DNA of 63,941 bases, the filler included, from Bigelowiella natans CCMP2755 (taxonomy: Eukaryota; Protista; Cercozoa), in the NCBI GenBank assembly GCA_000320545.1. It is 7 parts of 7 records of this genome, joined end to end, with 100 filler letters (N's around TTAATTAATTAA, not from the genome) between each part and the next. Parts side by side here need not be neighbours in the genome. Positions count along the whole stretch, not along the records: positions 1 to 14,735 come from ADNK01000551.1; positions 14,836 to 32,551 come from ADNK01001757.1; 5 more parts are not named here. One strand, written 5' to 3'. Within the stretch, counting starts at the first letter, position 1. Each line of letters begins with the position of its first letter. The notes below the pieces were generated by a model, which worked only from the letters and a program-made list of their open reading frames with translations, had not been told where the DNA came from and made no database searches. The translations under genes were made by a program, and so were the position numbers. Below are positions 8,099-20,950 of this stretch, piece by piece.

Positions 8099-10730
8099 TC
8101 TCATCCTTTAAACTCTCTCCTCCTTTTAGGAGCAAAAGCAATACGCAGAGCAAATAGAAACTATGGAGAAGGCACAGAATGATGCCAAGAAGCAATACGA
8201 TGCAGAGATGAATTCCATGCAAGGTCAGCTGAAGAAGAGGGAAGCAGAAATGGAACAGCTCAAGGCCAACTACGAGAAGCTTCTGGAGGAGGAGAAGACG
8301 AAGAAGACCGAAGCTGACCTTCATGGTGTGCAAAAGGCAAAGGAGGAGACCAAGAGACAGTATGAAGAGAAGCTCGCACGGTTCCAGGACGCACTCGACG
8401 AGGACAAGAAGAAACGAGAAAAGGAGCGCGAGCAGCAGGAAAAGGATAAGAAGGAAATGCAAAACCTGCTTCTGAAAAAGGAGAGCGAGATCGAGCGACA
8501 GAAGCACCGCGCTGAGGAATTCAGCAAAACCCTCAAGGAGATGGAGAAGTACAAGGCGGCAGAGGCAAAACTTCGCAATGAGGTCGCACTCCTTGAGAGA
8601 AACCTGGCGCAGCAGCGACAGACGGAAAAGGATGTAGAAGCTCTTAAGGCAAGACTTGAGGCGGATCGGAAGCAACTCGAGCAGCAGAGCGCTCAGACTG
8701 CTGAAGATGATAGGCGTAACTTTGAAGAACAAAAGTCGCAGCTCTCGGCGAAGGTTCTTGAGATGCAGCAACAGCTTCTCCAGCAGCAAGAGCAGGCCAA
8801 AGCTCTAGCCGACTCCAAACTACGACTACAGAAGCAGGTTGAGGAATCGGAGAGGAAGCAGCAGCAAGCGGAGAAAATGCAGCAACAGATGCAGGAGCTG
8901 CAGCAAGCTCTCGAGAGCGAAAGGGCGGCGGCCAGTAAGTTCAAAGCTTTCCAGCAGCAACTCGAAGAGGAACAGAAACGCATCGCCTCTGAGCGCGAAG
9001 CCCTCGCACAGCAGAATATACAGCTCTCACAACAGCAACTAGAGGAGCAGAAGAAGAAGGAGGAGGAAATGCGCTCCAAGCTCAGCAAGATGATGGAAGA
9101 GAGGGAACAGCAAAAGACCGCGGCCAAAGCCCTCCGGGAGGCCCTGGCCAAGGAGAAGGCGAAGAGTCAGGAGGAGGACGCAGAGGCCGAAAAGAGGGCA
9201 CAGGCACTGCGAGTTGAGGTGCAGAAAATGAAAAAAGCGCTGGCGAAAGAGAGGGAAGCCTCCCTGCAGCTCCAGGAGGTCAAAAGACGGCTCGAGGAGG
9301 AACAAGAAAGAACGCGAGCTGAGCAGCAATCGATGGCTGAAAGCAATCAAAAAATGACAGAGCAGGAGCTGGAGGCACGCCGCCGCCGCGAGGCCGAGCT
9401 CGAAGCACAGATGGAGAAGATGAAAAAATCCCTGGATGAAGAGAAAAAGAACGCTGCAAAGTTGCGTGAGCAACAGAGTCAGCTAGATGAGATGAAATCT
9501 ATATGGGAGGACGCCAAGAAAGCGCATGAACGCGAGGCAAAGCTCCGAGAGGATTACAAGAAGATGCAGGAGGATCGCGAACAACAGCAGCGCGAGGCAG
9601 AGAAGCGAGCCAAGGCACTGATGGAACAGAAACAGGCAGCGGAACGTCAGGCTGCTGAGAAACAGAAAGAGATGGAAGCTAAAATGCAAGAAATGCAGGC
9701 TGAGCTTGCAAAGAGAGAGAAGGCGGGAAATAAAAATTCGGCTGCCGATGCGAAACTAAAGGCCAAGATGGCAAAAATGAAAGAGGAATTGAAAAAGCAG
9801 AAGGAAGCTGAGGCCCAGATTGTAAAGGAGCGGGAAGCAGCGATCTCCGAGCAAAAGCGCATGAAGGCTGAGCGACGCATTCTCATCCTCCAGAAGCGGA
9901 GCAACGAAGAAAAGGCCAAGGCCATGGAGGAGCAGATGAAAAAAGACTACGAGCAGAAGATGCGAAAGATGCAGCAAGACTTCCAGGAACAGATGCGTAA
10001 GGAGAGGGAGAAGATGCAGGAGCAGCTTCGAGCCGCCCAGACTGCTGCTGCTGCTACTACTACTACTACTGCCCCAGCAGCGACAGGAGGAGGAGGAGGA
10101 GGAGTGCCACCCCCACCCCCCCAAGGACTAGGAGGCATTCCCCCTCCTCCTATGATGGGAGGAGGCATTCCCCCTCCTCCTATGATGGGAGGAGGCATTC
10201 CCCCTCCTCCTATGATGGGAGGAGGCATTCCTCCTCCACCTACGATGGGAGGTGGCGTGCCCCCTCCGCCTGTGATAGGAGGTGGTATCCCACCTCCCCC
10301 AGTAATGGGAGGAGGGCTTCCTCCACCACCAAGTGTTGGTGCTGTAGCGTCTGCTCCTTCAGGAGGGGGTGGCGGCGACAGAAACTCCCTACTCTCCGCG
10401 ATTCGAGCTGGCAGAAAGCTGAAGAAAAGCTCTAAGAGGAAGCTAAAGCCGAAGAAAGAGGCGCCGGAGGCGAAAGGCAATGGCAAGAAAAAGGGCGGTG
10501 GAATGATGGGGATGATGAACATCGCTCAGGTAAATAACACATTGATGATTACGAGAGTGCATGTACTAATAGCGCGTGAGAGGAACAAGCACGAAGGATT
10601 GTCACATGACTTGATTTCGTCAATCAAAGGTGATGTGTTCTTATAAAACATAATCGTTCTTTTTCCTCAGATGGCGATGGCTCGAGCCAAAGCCCGAGCT
10701 GCACGTCGCGCGAAAAAGGGAACCAAGTAG
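5305..10730 (+). CDS. Calponin-homology + long coiled-coil + polyproline + WH2 protein (putative actin regulator), ~7 exons
   Basis: Exons ~5305-5481, 5536-5549, 5610-5853, 6011-~6829, ~7079-8048, 8129-10529, 10671-10730 with GT-AG ends. CH motif [46 protein letters not shown]; GGGIPPPP repeats; WH2-like [17 protein letters not shown]. Confidence 0.85.
10110..10330 (+). repeat. Coding 30-bp tandem repeat ([10 protein letters not shown])n
   Basis: GGAGGCATTCCCCCTCCTCCTATGATGGGA present three times exactly, plus diverged units. Confidence 0.9.
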
Positions 10731-12224
10731 ATCCCTGATTCTGCAGTGCAATGAGATTAAATCGTCATCAGTACATTGTAATGGTGCGGGAATAATGCAT
10801 CCCTCAATTCCACCTCGAACATAACAGTGACCACTACTAGACTAACCTGTATATGTTTGCCTATATGATCTATGTTGTACATGCTAACATGGCGACATAT
10901 GCAGCCTCATTTGTTCTGATAACTAACTACAAGCAAGTAAACGGGCTGTATTTGATCCGCTGCCGCATCAAGTGTGCACTATATGACTTGTGGCGTGTGT
11001 ACGGGGCCTACTAGCCTAGCTAGCTAGCATGGTGTCTCATATTACATCTACATATAGAATGTGGGCCATGTTAGCATTCTAGGCTATGCTGGCATGGTGA
11101 TTGTTGCATCACGAATGAGATGTTATAACATCGCTTTAGATATTCAACATCATTCTGTGACATGATAGCATGGCTAGATGGGGTTATTTATCATTTGGGT
11201 GCATTGCTATTATTATACAGCAACGTACGTTGTAGTCCCAGTACACGCATCTAGACTTGCATTGATAATGCGATGCAGTAGCAGATCACTATAGACAATA
11301 AACGCAACAACTACAGTCTTTTCGCATTTGTGTTAGCTGTCCCTAAATGATTGGTGGCCTAGCTAGCTAGCGAGCATGACTAATCATAACGTCGCCTTTC
11401 GCAGCTGCGAAGTGTAGATATGCGATCGCTCTGGGAAGAGAGGGCTCATAGCCTTGAGGTTGATCCACGGTGACTCATCATCAGCCTTACCATGAATTAT
11501 CACCTCATCTTTCTTATTATCACCTTTCAAATTCCTCGTTGTATCCGGAGAAGAGGGCTGCTGCTGCTGCTGCTGTTTTCCTTCTGCATTTTCTTTCTTG
11601 TGCTGGGATCTAATCTGCACCGACATGTGGGCGCGCGATGCCGAGCCGGGTAAAATCTAAAAAATATGAGATGTCATACAGTAGCAACGCTATTTGGCAT
11701 GTTAATCCGTGCTACACCCACCACAAAATTACTGAAAGCAACTCAATCACCTTCTTTTCGTACAGCCCAATCACGTCCTTTAATGTGAGCTTCCGCAGAG
11801 AAATCACTATGGCAAGCCTAGTTGTTAATGGCTGTCAGTCGACGATGTGTTGGTCAATCTTGAAAGTTGAAAGACATATTTCTTTTAGATGAGCTGGGGA
11901 ATTTTCTCCTTATTTCCTGACCTTCGGTTGAAATGATAGCGGGATGTGTTGATTTCGCCCCAATAGCGTGAGTTTTCTGAGTCATTTATGGTATATATGT
12001 ACACATTTATATGTCACATCATTCACCGCATTGTTACGTCCACCACCACCACCACCATCATCATCATTCGAGTAGAAATTGTAGATGGACAAATCATCAA
12101 TTGAAGTAGTGGGTAACTTCCTCATCAGCGCCACCATTTCTATTTGTTACCTTGACCCATCCGCAGGTCCTTTTCCTCGTATTTCCCTGTAATGTTGTTG
12201 TCGCGGTCTTTCTCGAGCTATTAA

Positions 12225-12262
<38 letters not shown>

Positions 12263-12685
12263 TGGTGCTTAGAATAATAAGATAAGAGGCGTTATGTGAT
12301 TTTGGTAAAAGCTGTTACTCTCTTCTTCTTCTGTCTCACACTCTCAGAGCCTCACCTATTAAGCTCTTCTTCGCCTGTACAAAAGTCTCTTCGCTCATTG
12401 TTTTCAGATTTTGAGAGAAAAACGACTCTAGGAACTCCTAAGCGTGGATGATCGGCGAAGGAGGACGGATCAGTAGCAGAAATAGTAGTAGCAGTGGCTA
12501 CCAGTCAGAGAATGTTCACTACATTGATTTCAACGGAAATCCCTCTCACGTACATGCTGTGTTGGAAGTACTCCGAACTCGTAATAAACACATGTTTGTT
12601 GTGTGGTTACGATAAAAATGAACCCAACCTTTGAAGTGGTTTCAGGAATATACATGCATGTACTTAGAGGAGGAGGAGGAGGGAG

Positions 12686-12728
<43 letters not shown>

Positions 12729-12883
12729 CCTGAATGCGGTGGTTGATGAATGCTGCCTCATACATCCCCGAAACGATCTGGATGTAGTATCCGAGAATGC
12801 CGTTTGATTTCTCGATTCCCCTCCATACGATATACCTTATTAGACGATGCAAGTCATCATCATCATCATCATCATCATCGTCA

Positions 12884-12918
<35 letters not shown>

Positions 12919-13265
12919 ATCACGGACATTAAAACGGAGGAGATCAAGGGAAGTAGTGCAATCATTCAATGTCGTCATCAATCCATCATCCATTCCTCCC
13001 CCCCCCCCCCCTCGTTATTATCAATCACCCCAGCTGCTGTTTGGTTCTCAGGGCGCTAAACGCTGGCTCCTTCAGCAGCTGCGCCATCAATGCAGCCTAA
13101 ATAGCAACATGACATAGTAATAAGAAGGATAAAACAAATCAGGAATGAAGAAAAGGTGCTGCTGCTGCTGCTGCTGCTGGGGAGGAGTATTTAGTAACAA
13201 CATTAAACATTCATGTATTCCCCACCCCCCCTCTTCCGCTTAACTATTCTTCCATGATTTTCTAG

Positions 13266-13384
13266 AGAGTGCACAAATACTACATCGTCGATAACAGGAT
13301 GTATAGCTGCTGCTGCATCGAAACGATATACTACCTTTCTGCAGCTTCATCATTCGTCTAGATAGGTCCTCGACTATAACAAGC

Positions 13385-13419
<35 letters not shown>

Positions 13420-13609
13420 AGGAAGAGGAGGAAGTCGTCATCTGTTTGCCAACGCAGAAGGCCACGCTTTTTGCCATAGGTGCGAGAAAATAACTAGCGG
13501 TCAAGCGACACCTTGGTTTGATTTTGCAGCGGTGTTATTGTTTGCGAAGGATTCTTCCACTTGGCCACACATAGCCTACATTGACAAAGAATACAACATT
13601 ACAAGAAGA
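13266..13609 (+). CDS. Probable exon of an unidentified multi-exon gene
   Basis: Open frame (...RHLFANAEGHAFCHRCEKITSGQATPWFDFAAVLLF...) ending at a GTGAG donor; no family recognised. Confidence 0.3.
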
Positions 13610-14236
13610 GTGAGGAGGGGGAGGGGGGGGGATACGAACAAGAAAGAGCGCGTTTGACCATCTCCACTTTCTTCATCCGCACATGTCCTGCTTCTTCTTT
13701 TCAAGGAGCATTATACGCTAGAGTTGTTTCGAGACACCGCTTATAAGATATACCCCCTCTCTCTTTTCAAGCCTGATAGCTATAATACTAAATCGTCAAG
13801 AAACGACGGTGTTGCACCTGCACTTCACTTCTAGTAACATTTCCGTGCGCAAACAGAAGGACTGCGTACGATGCGTTAAATGTCCGTGCGACAACTTCAC
13901 TTAGATGCCGAGGGCTAGTGATGGTACTCAGAGCCTCTATCTTGCTTTTGTTTGACCATTGGCAGGTATTTAGCGTACACCTGGGGGGGGTGAGAATGGG
14001 GTGGGGCAGCATATACGCAAATACTGTGTGTGTGTCCTATCATGGAATTGTTATCGTTAATATTCTTCTCATCATCATTTGTGAGTAAATTAGCAGTAAT
14101 GCGTGAAGCTGCAATCACCATTACAATCATAATCACCACCGCCATCATCATCATCATCATCGTCGTCGTCCTCGTCGTCGAGACACAAAACAACCTAAAT
14201 ACTCACCGATCTTTAACATAGTTTGCGTAGAACTGA

Positions 14237-14462
14237 GGCGTTTTGACCTTGAAATCGGACAGGTTCCGCGCCTAATGGTAATGTTGTGATAATGGCGATG
14301 ATCAGGGGGGCGGGGCGGGGCGGGGCACGAATTAGGAGGAGAGGAAAAAAGCATTTGTTTGTTATTGCTGCTAGTAGTGGTAGTGTTGGTGGTGATGATA
14401 ATGGTGAAGAGTAGAACGAGAAAGAGAAGGAGGGGGGGAGGAGAGCACTGAAGAGAGATCTG

Positions 14463-14493
<31 letters not shown>

Positions 14494-14735
14494 TATATAT
14501 ATGTATCATAAGAAAGAGATTATTCGGTAAAACAAGACGAAGGAAGCTATATGCAGTACCATTGCGTCCTTGGCGTTACGAAATCGCTCCTCCTCGATGT
14601 CGCATCTGATGTATACGATAGTAGTGGTGGTGGGGAATCACACACGCCCCGCCCCCGCGCCCCTGAGCAACGCAAATATCATCAGCAGATACACTCAGTC
14701 GCGGGACCTGTTCGAATTTCGAGGCCAAAACGCGG
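14237..14735. repeat. Diverged ~95-bp inverted repeat pair (MITE/foldback-like)
   Basis: 14237-14332 GCGTTTTGACCTTGAAATCGGACAGGTTCCGCG...GGGGCGGGGC versus the reverse complement of 14641-14735, GCGTTTTGGCCTCGAAATTCGAACAGGTCCCGCG...GGGGCGGGGC. Confidence 0.65.
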
Positions 14736-14835
14736 NNNNNNNNNNNNNNNNNNNNNNNNNNNNNNNNNNNNNNNNNNNNTTAATTAATTAANNNNNNNNN
14801 NNNNNNNNNNNNNNNNNNNNNNNNNNNNNNNNNNN
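14736..14835. other. Assembly gap/linker (N-padded TTAATTAATTAA); also at ~32552-32651, 49913-50011, 56351-56450, 60439-60538, 62187-62286
   Basis: Identical ~100-nt N blocks carrying a six-frame stop linker; genes do not continue across them. Confidence 0.97.
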
Positions 14836-14905
14836 AAAGGAACTTAGGGGGAATTTGTTGGGATTTCCCCCCTCTCTCCCCCAAACCTTTAACCCCCGGG
14901 TTTGG

Positions 14906-14940
<35 letters not shown>

Positions 14941-15300
14941 AACTTTTGTGTATTTTTCAAACCCCACCAAACTCGGGGTTTTGATTTTTTTTTCCCCCCC
15001 CCCCCCCCTCCCTTTTTTTTCCCTGTTTTCTGTGTTTTTGTTGAGGGGGGAGTAAAAAGGAGTGATCCTTTGGATCATTGGGAAATCCCTTTGGGCAATA
15101 GGACGCTCCCTGGAGGTTTTTGGCGGTTGCATGAGAGCACAGAATACAACAAACATAGCAAACATTATAATATAAAATTTAAATGTCCATTAAGATTATA
15201 TGCAACTGATCATATGTGAGTTTGGGGATTCGTGTGGGGGGGGGGGGGGGGGGGCGAGTATGCGCGTAGGCATGAAAGACTTTGATATGCATGTGTGTGT

Positions 15301-15340
<40 letters not shown>

Positions 15341-15602
15341 TGCTTTGGGTAGAACATTACAAAGCGGAACATCATTTCTACAAATCGGTACACACACACA
15401 CACACACACCCACACACACACATCCCTATATTTCAACGGTGATATGCGTTGGCATTATCTTCATCACCATCAACTCGTCTATGCTCTTTAATTGTTGGAT
15501 TTCTTCTCTTGGTGATGAGCTCTTGGAGACGACTTCAAGTCGTCGTCATCGTCATCGTCACCATCACCCATTATCCTCTTTTGACATCTTGTTGCTTGAA
15601 AG

Positions 15603-15696
15603 GTGAGGAACTTCTGGCTCACGTGCGGATACAGTAAGCTTGAAACAGCGAATAATATAGTATCTCTGTGTGCATGGATATAATGTATATGCACAT

Positions 15697-15752
<56 letters not shown>

Positions 15753-16045
15753 AGTGTGTACGTGTGTGAATTTGTTTACGAAACTACCTATTTGACCTCT
15801 ATTTAACGAGCATAATTACAATCATCATCATCACCATCGCCGTCGTCGTTATCGTCATCATCGTCGTCATCTCATCACCATCACCTTTGCAGGCCCCTTA
15901 ACCGGCAATGCAATAAAGAAGCTAGGTCGCCAAAACACCTAGAAACGACGATGAAATTGTACCTTCAGTATACCGCTGATAAAAAATTCATCAATCATTC
16001 CTGTCTTCTAAAAATCCTCGGAATTCTCTACTCACTGCCTTATTA

Positions 16046-16083
<38 letters not shown>

Positions 16084-17332
16084 GCGGATGCGAAGAGGAC
16101 CCTAGGCCACTTCAGCGACGCACAGCAGCTGTACAAGCAGTCTTTGCAGGTACATGATGTTGTCAGTGGGAATAACAACGCCTGTGTGTGTGTGTGTGTG
16201 TGTGTTTGTGTGTGCGTGTGCGTGTGCTTTATCATCATCATCATCATCATCATCATTATCATCATCACAACTATGGCAATCCAAACCTAGCTTCATTCCA
16301 ACTTCGACACCATGGATATGAGGGCGATTGTTGATATCATCTACGCCTTGCAGCAGCTTCACTACGGCAAAAGGTGGGATCGGCGGGAGTCAGAGAATGA
16401 TCACGAAAGAGGGAGGGAGAGCGGGAGGGGGGGGGGGAGGGGGGCTGCGACGGAAAACCATTGTGATAATTTCCAAAAAATATGCGAAGAGGAAACATAT
16501 TTTTTTTTTTAATAAATATTTGATGGATAGATTTCGAATAACATGAGAAGATATTCGTTACACATGTGCTCTGTGTCGTCGTCAAAGAATGCTCAAAGTT
16601 GGCAATTCCGTTAAACTGTGCGATGTATGCTAACCCATCCATAGGGAAAGGACAAAGCTTGAAACAGAAGCAGGAAGTGAACAGTACATCGACTCAGTTA
16701 GAAGAATTCGGGTAGCAGCAGCAGCATTTTAGGAAACAATGAGTCATTATTTTACCTCCTCTATCTTCTTCTGATTCTTATTCCTCCTCCTCCTCCTCAT
16801 ATGTTCTGCAGGATCGAATCAGGAAGCAGAAGATCAAGGTGGACGACAACATCGCTGTCTTCTATAAGATAGGCGCTGAGCTAATCATCACAGGTTGTAG
16901 GAGTAGTAGTAGTAGTAGTGGTAGTGGTAGTAGTACTGCTGCTCATTCTTGCAGGCGAGCATGCACGGCTTTGAGACAGCTTCGTCTAAGCTGCTGGTGG
17001 GTCTCGCATTGGAACTTAATCTTAGGAGGGGCCTGGGACCTCGGTGCGGCGATGCTAAGGGACGCTATATCTTACTTTGAGGGGACCGTCAATCACCAGG
17101 TTACTCCTCACCCTGACCTCTTTCTGATGATGTGTTTCTCCTTTTCTTCTCCGCCTCCGCCCTCTTTCCGTCAAGTCCGAATTCGAGGGAGGGTGTGCTT
17201 GGAACCCCTCCGTTTGTCGCTTCTGACCACCTTCTTCCTCCTCCCCAGGTCGATTGCTCGAATCTGGTGAGACAGTGTAAAGACCTCATCAAAGTAGCAG
17301 AGAACTCCCGAAAGGGGGGGGGCATTTCATGA
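15603..17332 (+). CDS. 3' exons of a TPR-containing protein
   Basis: AG/GT-bounded exons, e.g. 16085-16149 DAKRTLGHFSDAQQLYKQSLQ (TPR-like) and 16291-16373; last exon 17249-17332 ends in TGA. Confidence 0.5.
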
Positions 17333-18702
17333 GAAAGTGTACAGAAGCCGATGTCACGATAGAGAATAGTTAGTCGTCGCTGAAGAACACTTTTGCCTCT
17401 GCTGCGTGCATAATCAACAAGAAGCTTGTCGACAAGATCGATCGTTGCGCATTATCATAAAGCATGATGGTGCGCATCAGCACAATTACTACACATCTAG
17501 ACATAGCGCAGCATACAGAGTGCACGCCCATAATAGATCTACACATCTAGATGTGTGTTATAACTCAAGTTGATATTACATAAACTTGGCACCATCGAAT
17601 TGTGAAGCGTTGCATTTGATGTGATTAGCTTGCTTTTTCATGGACGTGCACGCGTTGTAGCCAAGCGTGCAAACGACACGTAGGCGATCACGTGCAATTT
17701 GTATCACCATGCCAGCATGCTTGCCTACTACGCTGCTGTGAAAGGTGCACGTGGATAGCTGTTTAGAGCTAGCTAGAGATGAGCAAGTTGCTGTTCGTCC
17801 GCTGTCGATCTGTGCTTTGGTTGTGTCACACTAGCACACGCACATGCCATTCTAGCATTGCGTGCAAGCCATGTGCGTGCAAGCTAGCACGTGGGAATGA
17901 ACTGGGGCACATCTTTCGAGTGAAGTGCGCCAAGGAGCAGTGCTAGAGTGCGCAGCAACAGACATCTGTGAGCTGGGTCGCACCAACTGCGCCCTTCTCA
18001 GTTCTTCGTGAGCACAGGGTGGAGGAATGAGAGAATTTCAATCTACGTTCTTTGCCTCCAAACCTAGAAACGTTCGCCAATGAACAAACTTGTTGTGTGC
18101 ACAGTTCCAGGTGTCACTCTGCGCCCTGTGCACACAACAATGAATCGAAGCGATGATGGAGCGAGCCGATCAAAACCCTCACAAACCTTCACACAGCTTC
18201 ATCAAAGGTCCCGCCATGAGCGTCTAGAAGCAAGATGACTAGCTTCGGTGTGACGGCGATGCAATGTGTGAGCTCCAACAACGAATCTCCTGAAGGCCAT
18301 GTCGACACGATGGTCCACGGTCGGGTCGTCCGAAGGAGCCAAAGCTCTTTTCATCGTCAAAATCGGTTTCGCAACATCATGTCTCAAATGACATCGCCGG
18401 CATTTAGAAAGCGACCGCTACGAGCGTCCTGCAGATGGAGAAATAAGAGTTTAAAACTAGATCTGGACCAGACCACGAGGCTCTTCTTGCGGGGTTTCGA
18501 GAACTTCATTACGGGATTCCCTGCTACTACCGTGTTCTCGTGGTGGAATCAAAGACAATTTAGGCACGTATTTCATGGATTTAGGCGAATTCAAGTGGGA
18601 CACAAGATGAAAAGAAGGAAGAGATATTATCATCATTGATGACCCCTTAAAATGAGATCATTAGGGTTAATCTCAAAAGATCACTGCCCAATTCAGCTGC
18701 CC

Positions 18703-19803
18703 ATGCCTGTGCTCAGCACCTTCCTCATAGCTGCGCTCTCGACGCTCCCCACGGCCATTGCCGATGGATTTCCATGTGCAGGGGGAAAGGACCTCCCGCC
18801 TATGAGTGAAATCTCCTTGGAGGAGGCCAATGAGCGCAGGTGCTGCTTGACGCTGCCCTGCGAGTTCGACGTGGGCTGCTGGGCTGAGCAGCTCCCCCCT
18901 CTCTACTCTGCCCCTCGCGCGCAAGCCATATCCCGGGAACTTTCCAACAAGTTGGAGGATGAGTTATTGCTCCCTCGCATCAATTCGGGAGAGCTGACTA
19001 AGACCGTCCGGGATGAGCTGCCCAACCACGGATGGTACCGCATCCCCGTGCCCCGTGGTGGGGACTTTGAGTTCTTTTATGAAGGTGTACGCGACGCATT
19101 CAACCGGACTTTCCGCCGAGAACTCGAAACACCTGTCGATCTGGACATCTTCTACATTGACGACTTTGATAGCCACTGGTCAAGCGATGAGACGTATGCA
19201 TCCTCGTACCCTGGCGCAGCATATTGGATCCATAACGACTGCTCGAACTTTCGCATTTGCTACGAGGAAACGCCTTACAAAGGAGAAGATTTCACAGGCA
19301 ATGGGGTCGCCTTCGTTCTCCCAGTTGCTCTTCCCAGCAAGGTCGACTTCCGCGACGGCCACGACATGATGCCTGCAGGTCTGGAGCTTTACAACATCTC
19401 CCATGGTCATCGTGACGAGGCTGGCGACTTGCAAAAGCCATGGAATCGGGAGTGGATGGACGTTTATCGGTACAATCTTGGCGAGATCATTTTTTTCAAT
19501 GCGTTCCGGTGGCATTCAGGTCATGTTCCTCGCGCATCGGAGTTCTTAGATAAGGACAATCCAGACCACAAGCGTGCCGAGACTGTAGGATTCGCTGCAG
19601 AGCTGAAGACTGGCAAATGGGTACTCTTCAGAATGTGCAAAGGATCCACTGATGACAAAGCCAAGGAGAAGATCCTCGACACCGACGTCAATCTTTCGTC
19701 CACTGGCGCTGCGACCGAGAATTATGTTCTCAGCGCAGAAGAGGCAATGCTTCACGAATTAAGCGCTGAATCATGTGCCATGATGAGCCAACAAACCAGC
19801 TGA
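18703..19803 (+). CDS. Secreted 2OG-Fe(II) oxygenase-like protein, intronless
   Basis: Signal-peptide-like MPVLSTFLIAALSTLPTAIA; HxD (WIHND), GEIIFFNAFRWHSG distal His and downstream Arg (KRAETVGF), matching the DSBH dioxygenase pattern. Confidence 0.6.
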   Translation: MPVLSTFLIAALSTLPTAIADGFPCAGGKDLPPMSEISLEEANERRCCLTLPCEFDVGCWAEQLPPLYSAPRAQAISRELSNKLEDELLLPRINSGELTKTVRDELPNHGWYRIPVPRGGDFEFFYEGVRDAFNRTFRRELETPVDLDIFYIDDFDSHWSSDETYASSYPGAAYWIHNDCSNFRICYEETPYKGEDFTGNGVAFVLPVALPSKVDFRDGHDMMPAGLELYNISHGHRDEAGDLQKPWNREWMDVYRYNLGEIIFFNAFRWHSGHVPRASEFLDKDNPDHKRAETVGFAAELKTGKWVLFRMCKGSTDDKAKEKILDTDVNLSSTGAATENYVLSAEEAMLHELSAESCAMMSQQTS

Positions 19804-20950
19804 TCGCACAGCGTTTTCAGCTCCTACACCATAACATTCACTCATGTATACAAGCTTAGCGTGCGTTGCACAAGTTCGTGTTGAGTGTCGCATGCTTTTT
19901 AGCGATGGTCCTTTGCGCGAATTCATGACGAATTCATGCGTAATCATGAAACGGTGTGAGTAAGAACTTGAAAATCATGAGCTGAATTTTGATCAAGGAT
20001 TAGAATCTAGATTTCTCTTCTTTACAAAAACAGATGATCATGTTTCTGGTGAATTGCGATGAAAACATTATTCCATGCATGATGAGCACGTTGTGAAGCA
20101 ATGACGTAGTGTTGTGTTCACATTGCGCAGCTGTACAACGTAGGTGACAGTGTTGGTTGCATTTGTCGCACACCCTCACCGCCTACGCTGTACATGCTGT
20201 GTGCATGAATGCGTCACAAGCTATCTCAAATGACACATCTTCGTAGCGCTTCAACGTAGCACAAGATCTGGCGCTCCGTGTCGTAGACGCTAGCTACATG
20301 CGTGTGCATGGCACGTATGTAAGTTCAGTCGCGCGGGCACGCAAGTGCTAAAGGACTAGCTAGCTAGCTAGATAACTAGCTAGTTAGACGGAGCGCTGCA
20401 CACAAGACGATTCTAGGATTGTTTGCACGGCTGATGGCTAGTAGATGGGCCCGACGGTGATGGAGTGTGGATCTACGGTGTTTCCGTTAAATTTTGTGTC
20501 AATCATAGACAAAGCAATACACATGTACTACATGGATTGCATGCCAAGCGATCACGACGGCGGCATTTACCGGATGACGGACCTTCTAGCCTTGCTAGCT
20601 TGCAGTTTTACCGGTGGAATTTTACTTGACAAATTTTCCATGTTCTCACACAGGATGACATCTAACGCCAATGGACAGACCTCACGCCAAACACCGCAGC
20701 GATCAAATGAGTGCACATCATCGGGTTGGATGTTGATTGCATGCTAGCAGGTATTGTAAGTAGTCACGTGCAAATAATGCATAACACATTGCAACGTAGC
20801 GTAGCTCAGTGTTTCTAAAAAGCATTCTTTTCAGTGGTGCCACTGTGTGCGAGGCACATTGTGCACATTTGACGCGTATCCCATGTCTGTAATAAGAAAG
20901 ATGCCACTGTCCATGCCCCCTCTGTGTCACAACTCGACCGCCATTCATCT

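Noticed and set aside
6131-10522. Long antisense Leu/Ser/Phe-rich ORFs
   Set aside because: Shadows of the E/K/Q-rich coiled-coil gene on the opposite strand.
14770-14800. Recurrent palindromic TTAATTAATTAA as a biological motif
   Set aside because: Always centred in ~100-nt N blocks; it is an artificial six-frame-stop linker.
18661-18670. TTAGGG as a telomeric repeat
   Set aside because: Single unit, not an array.
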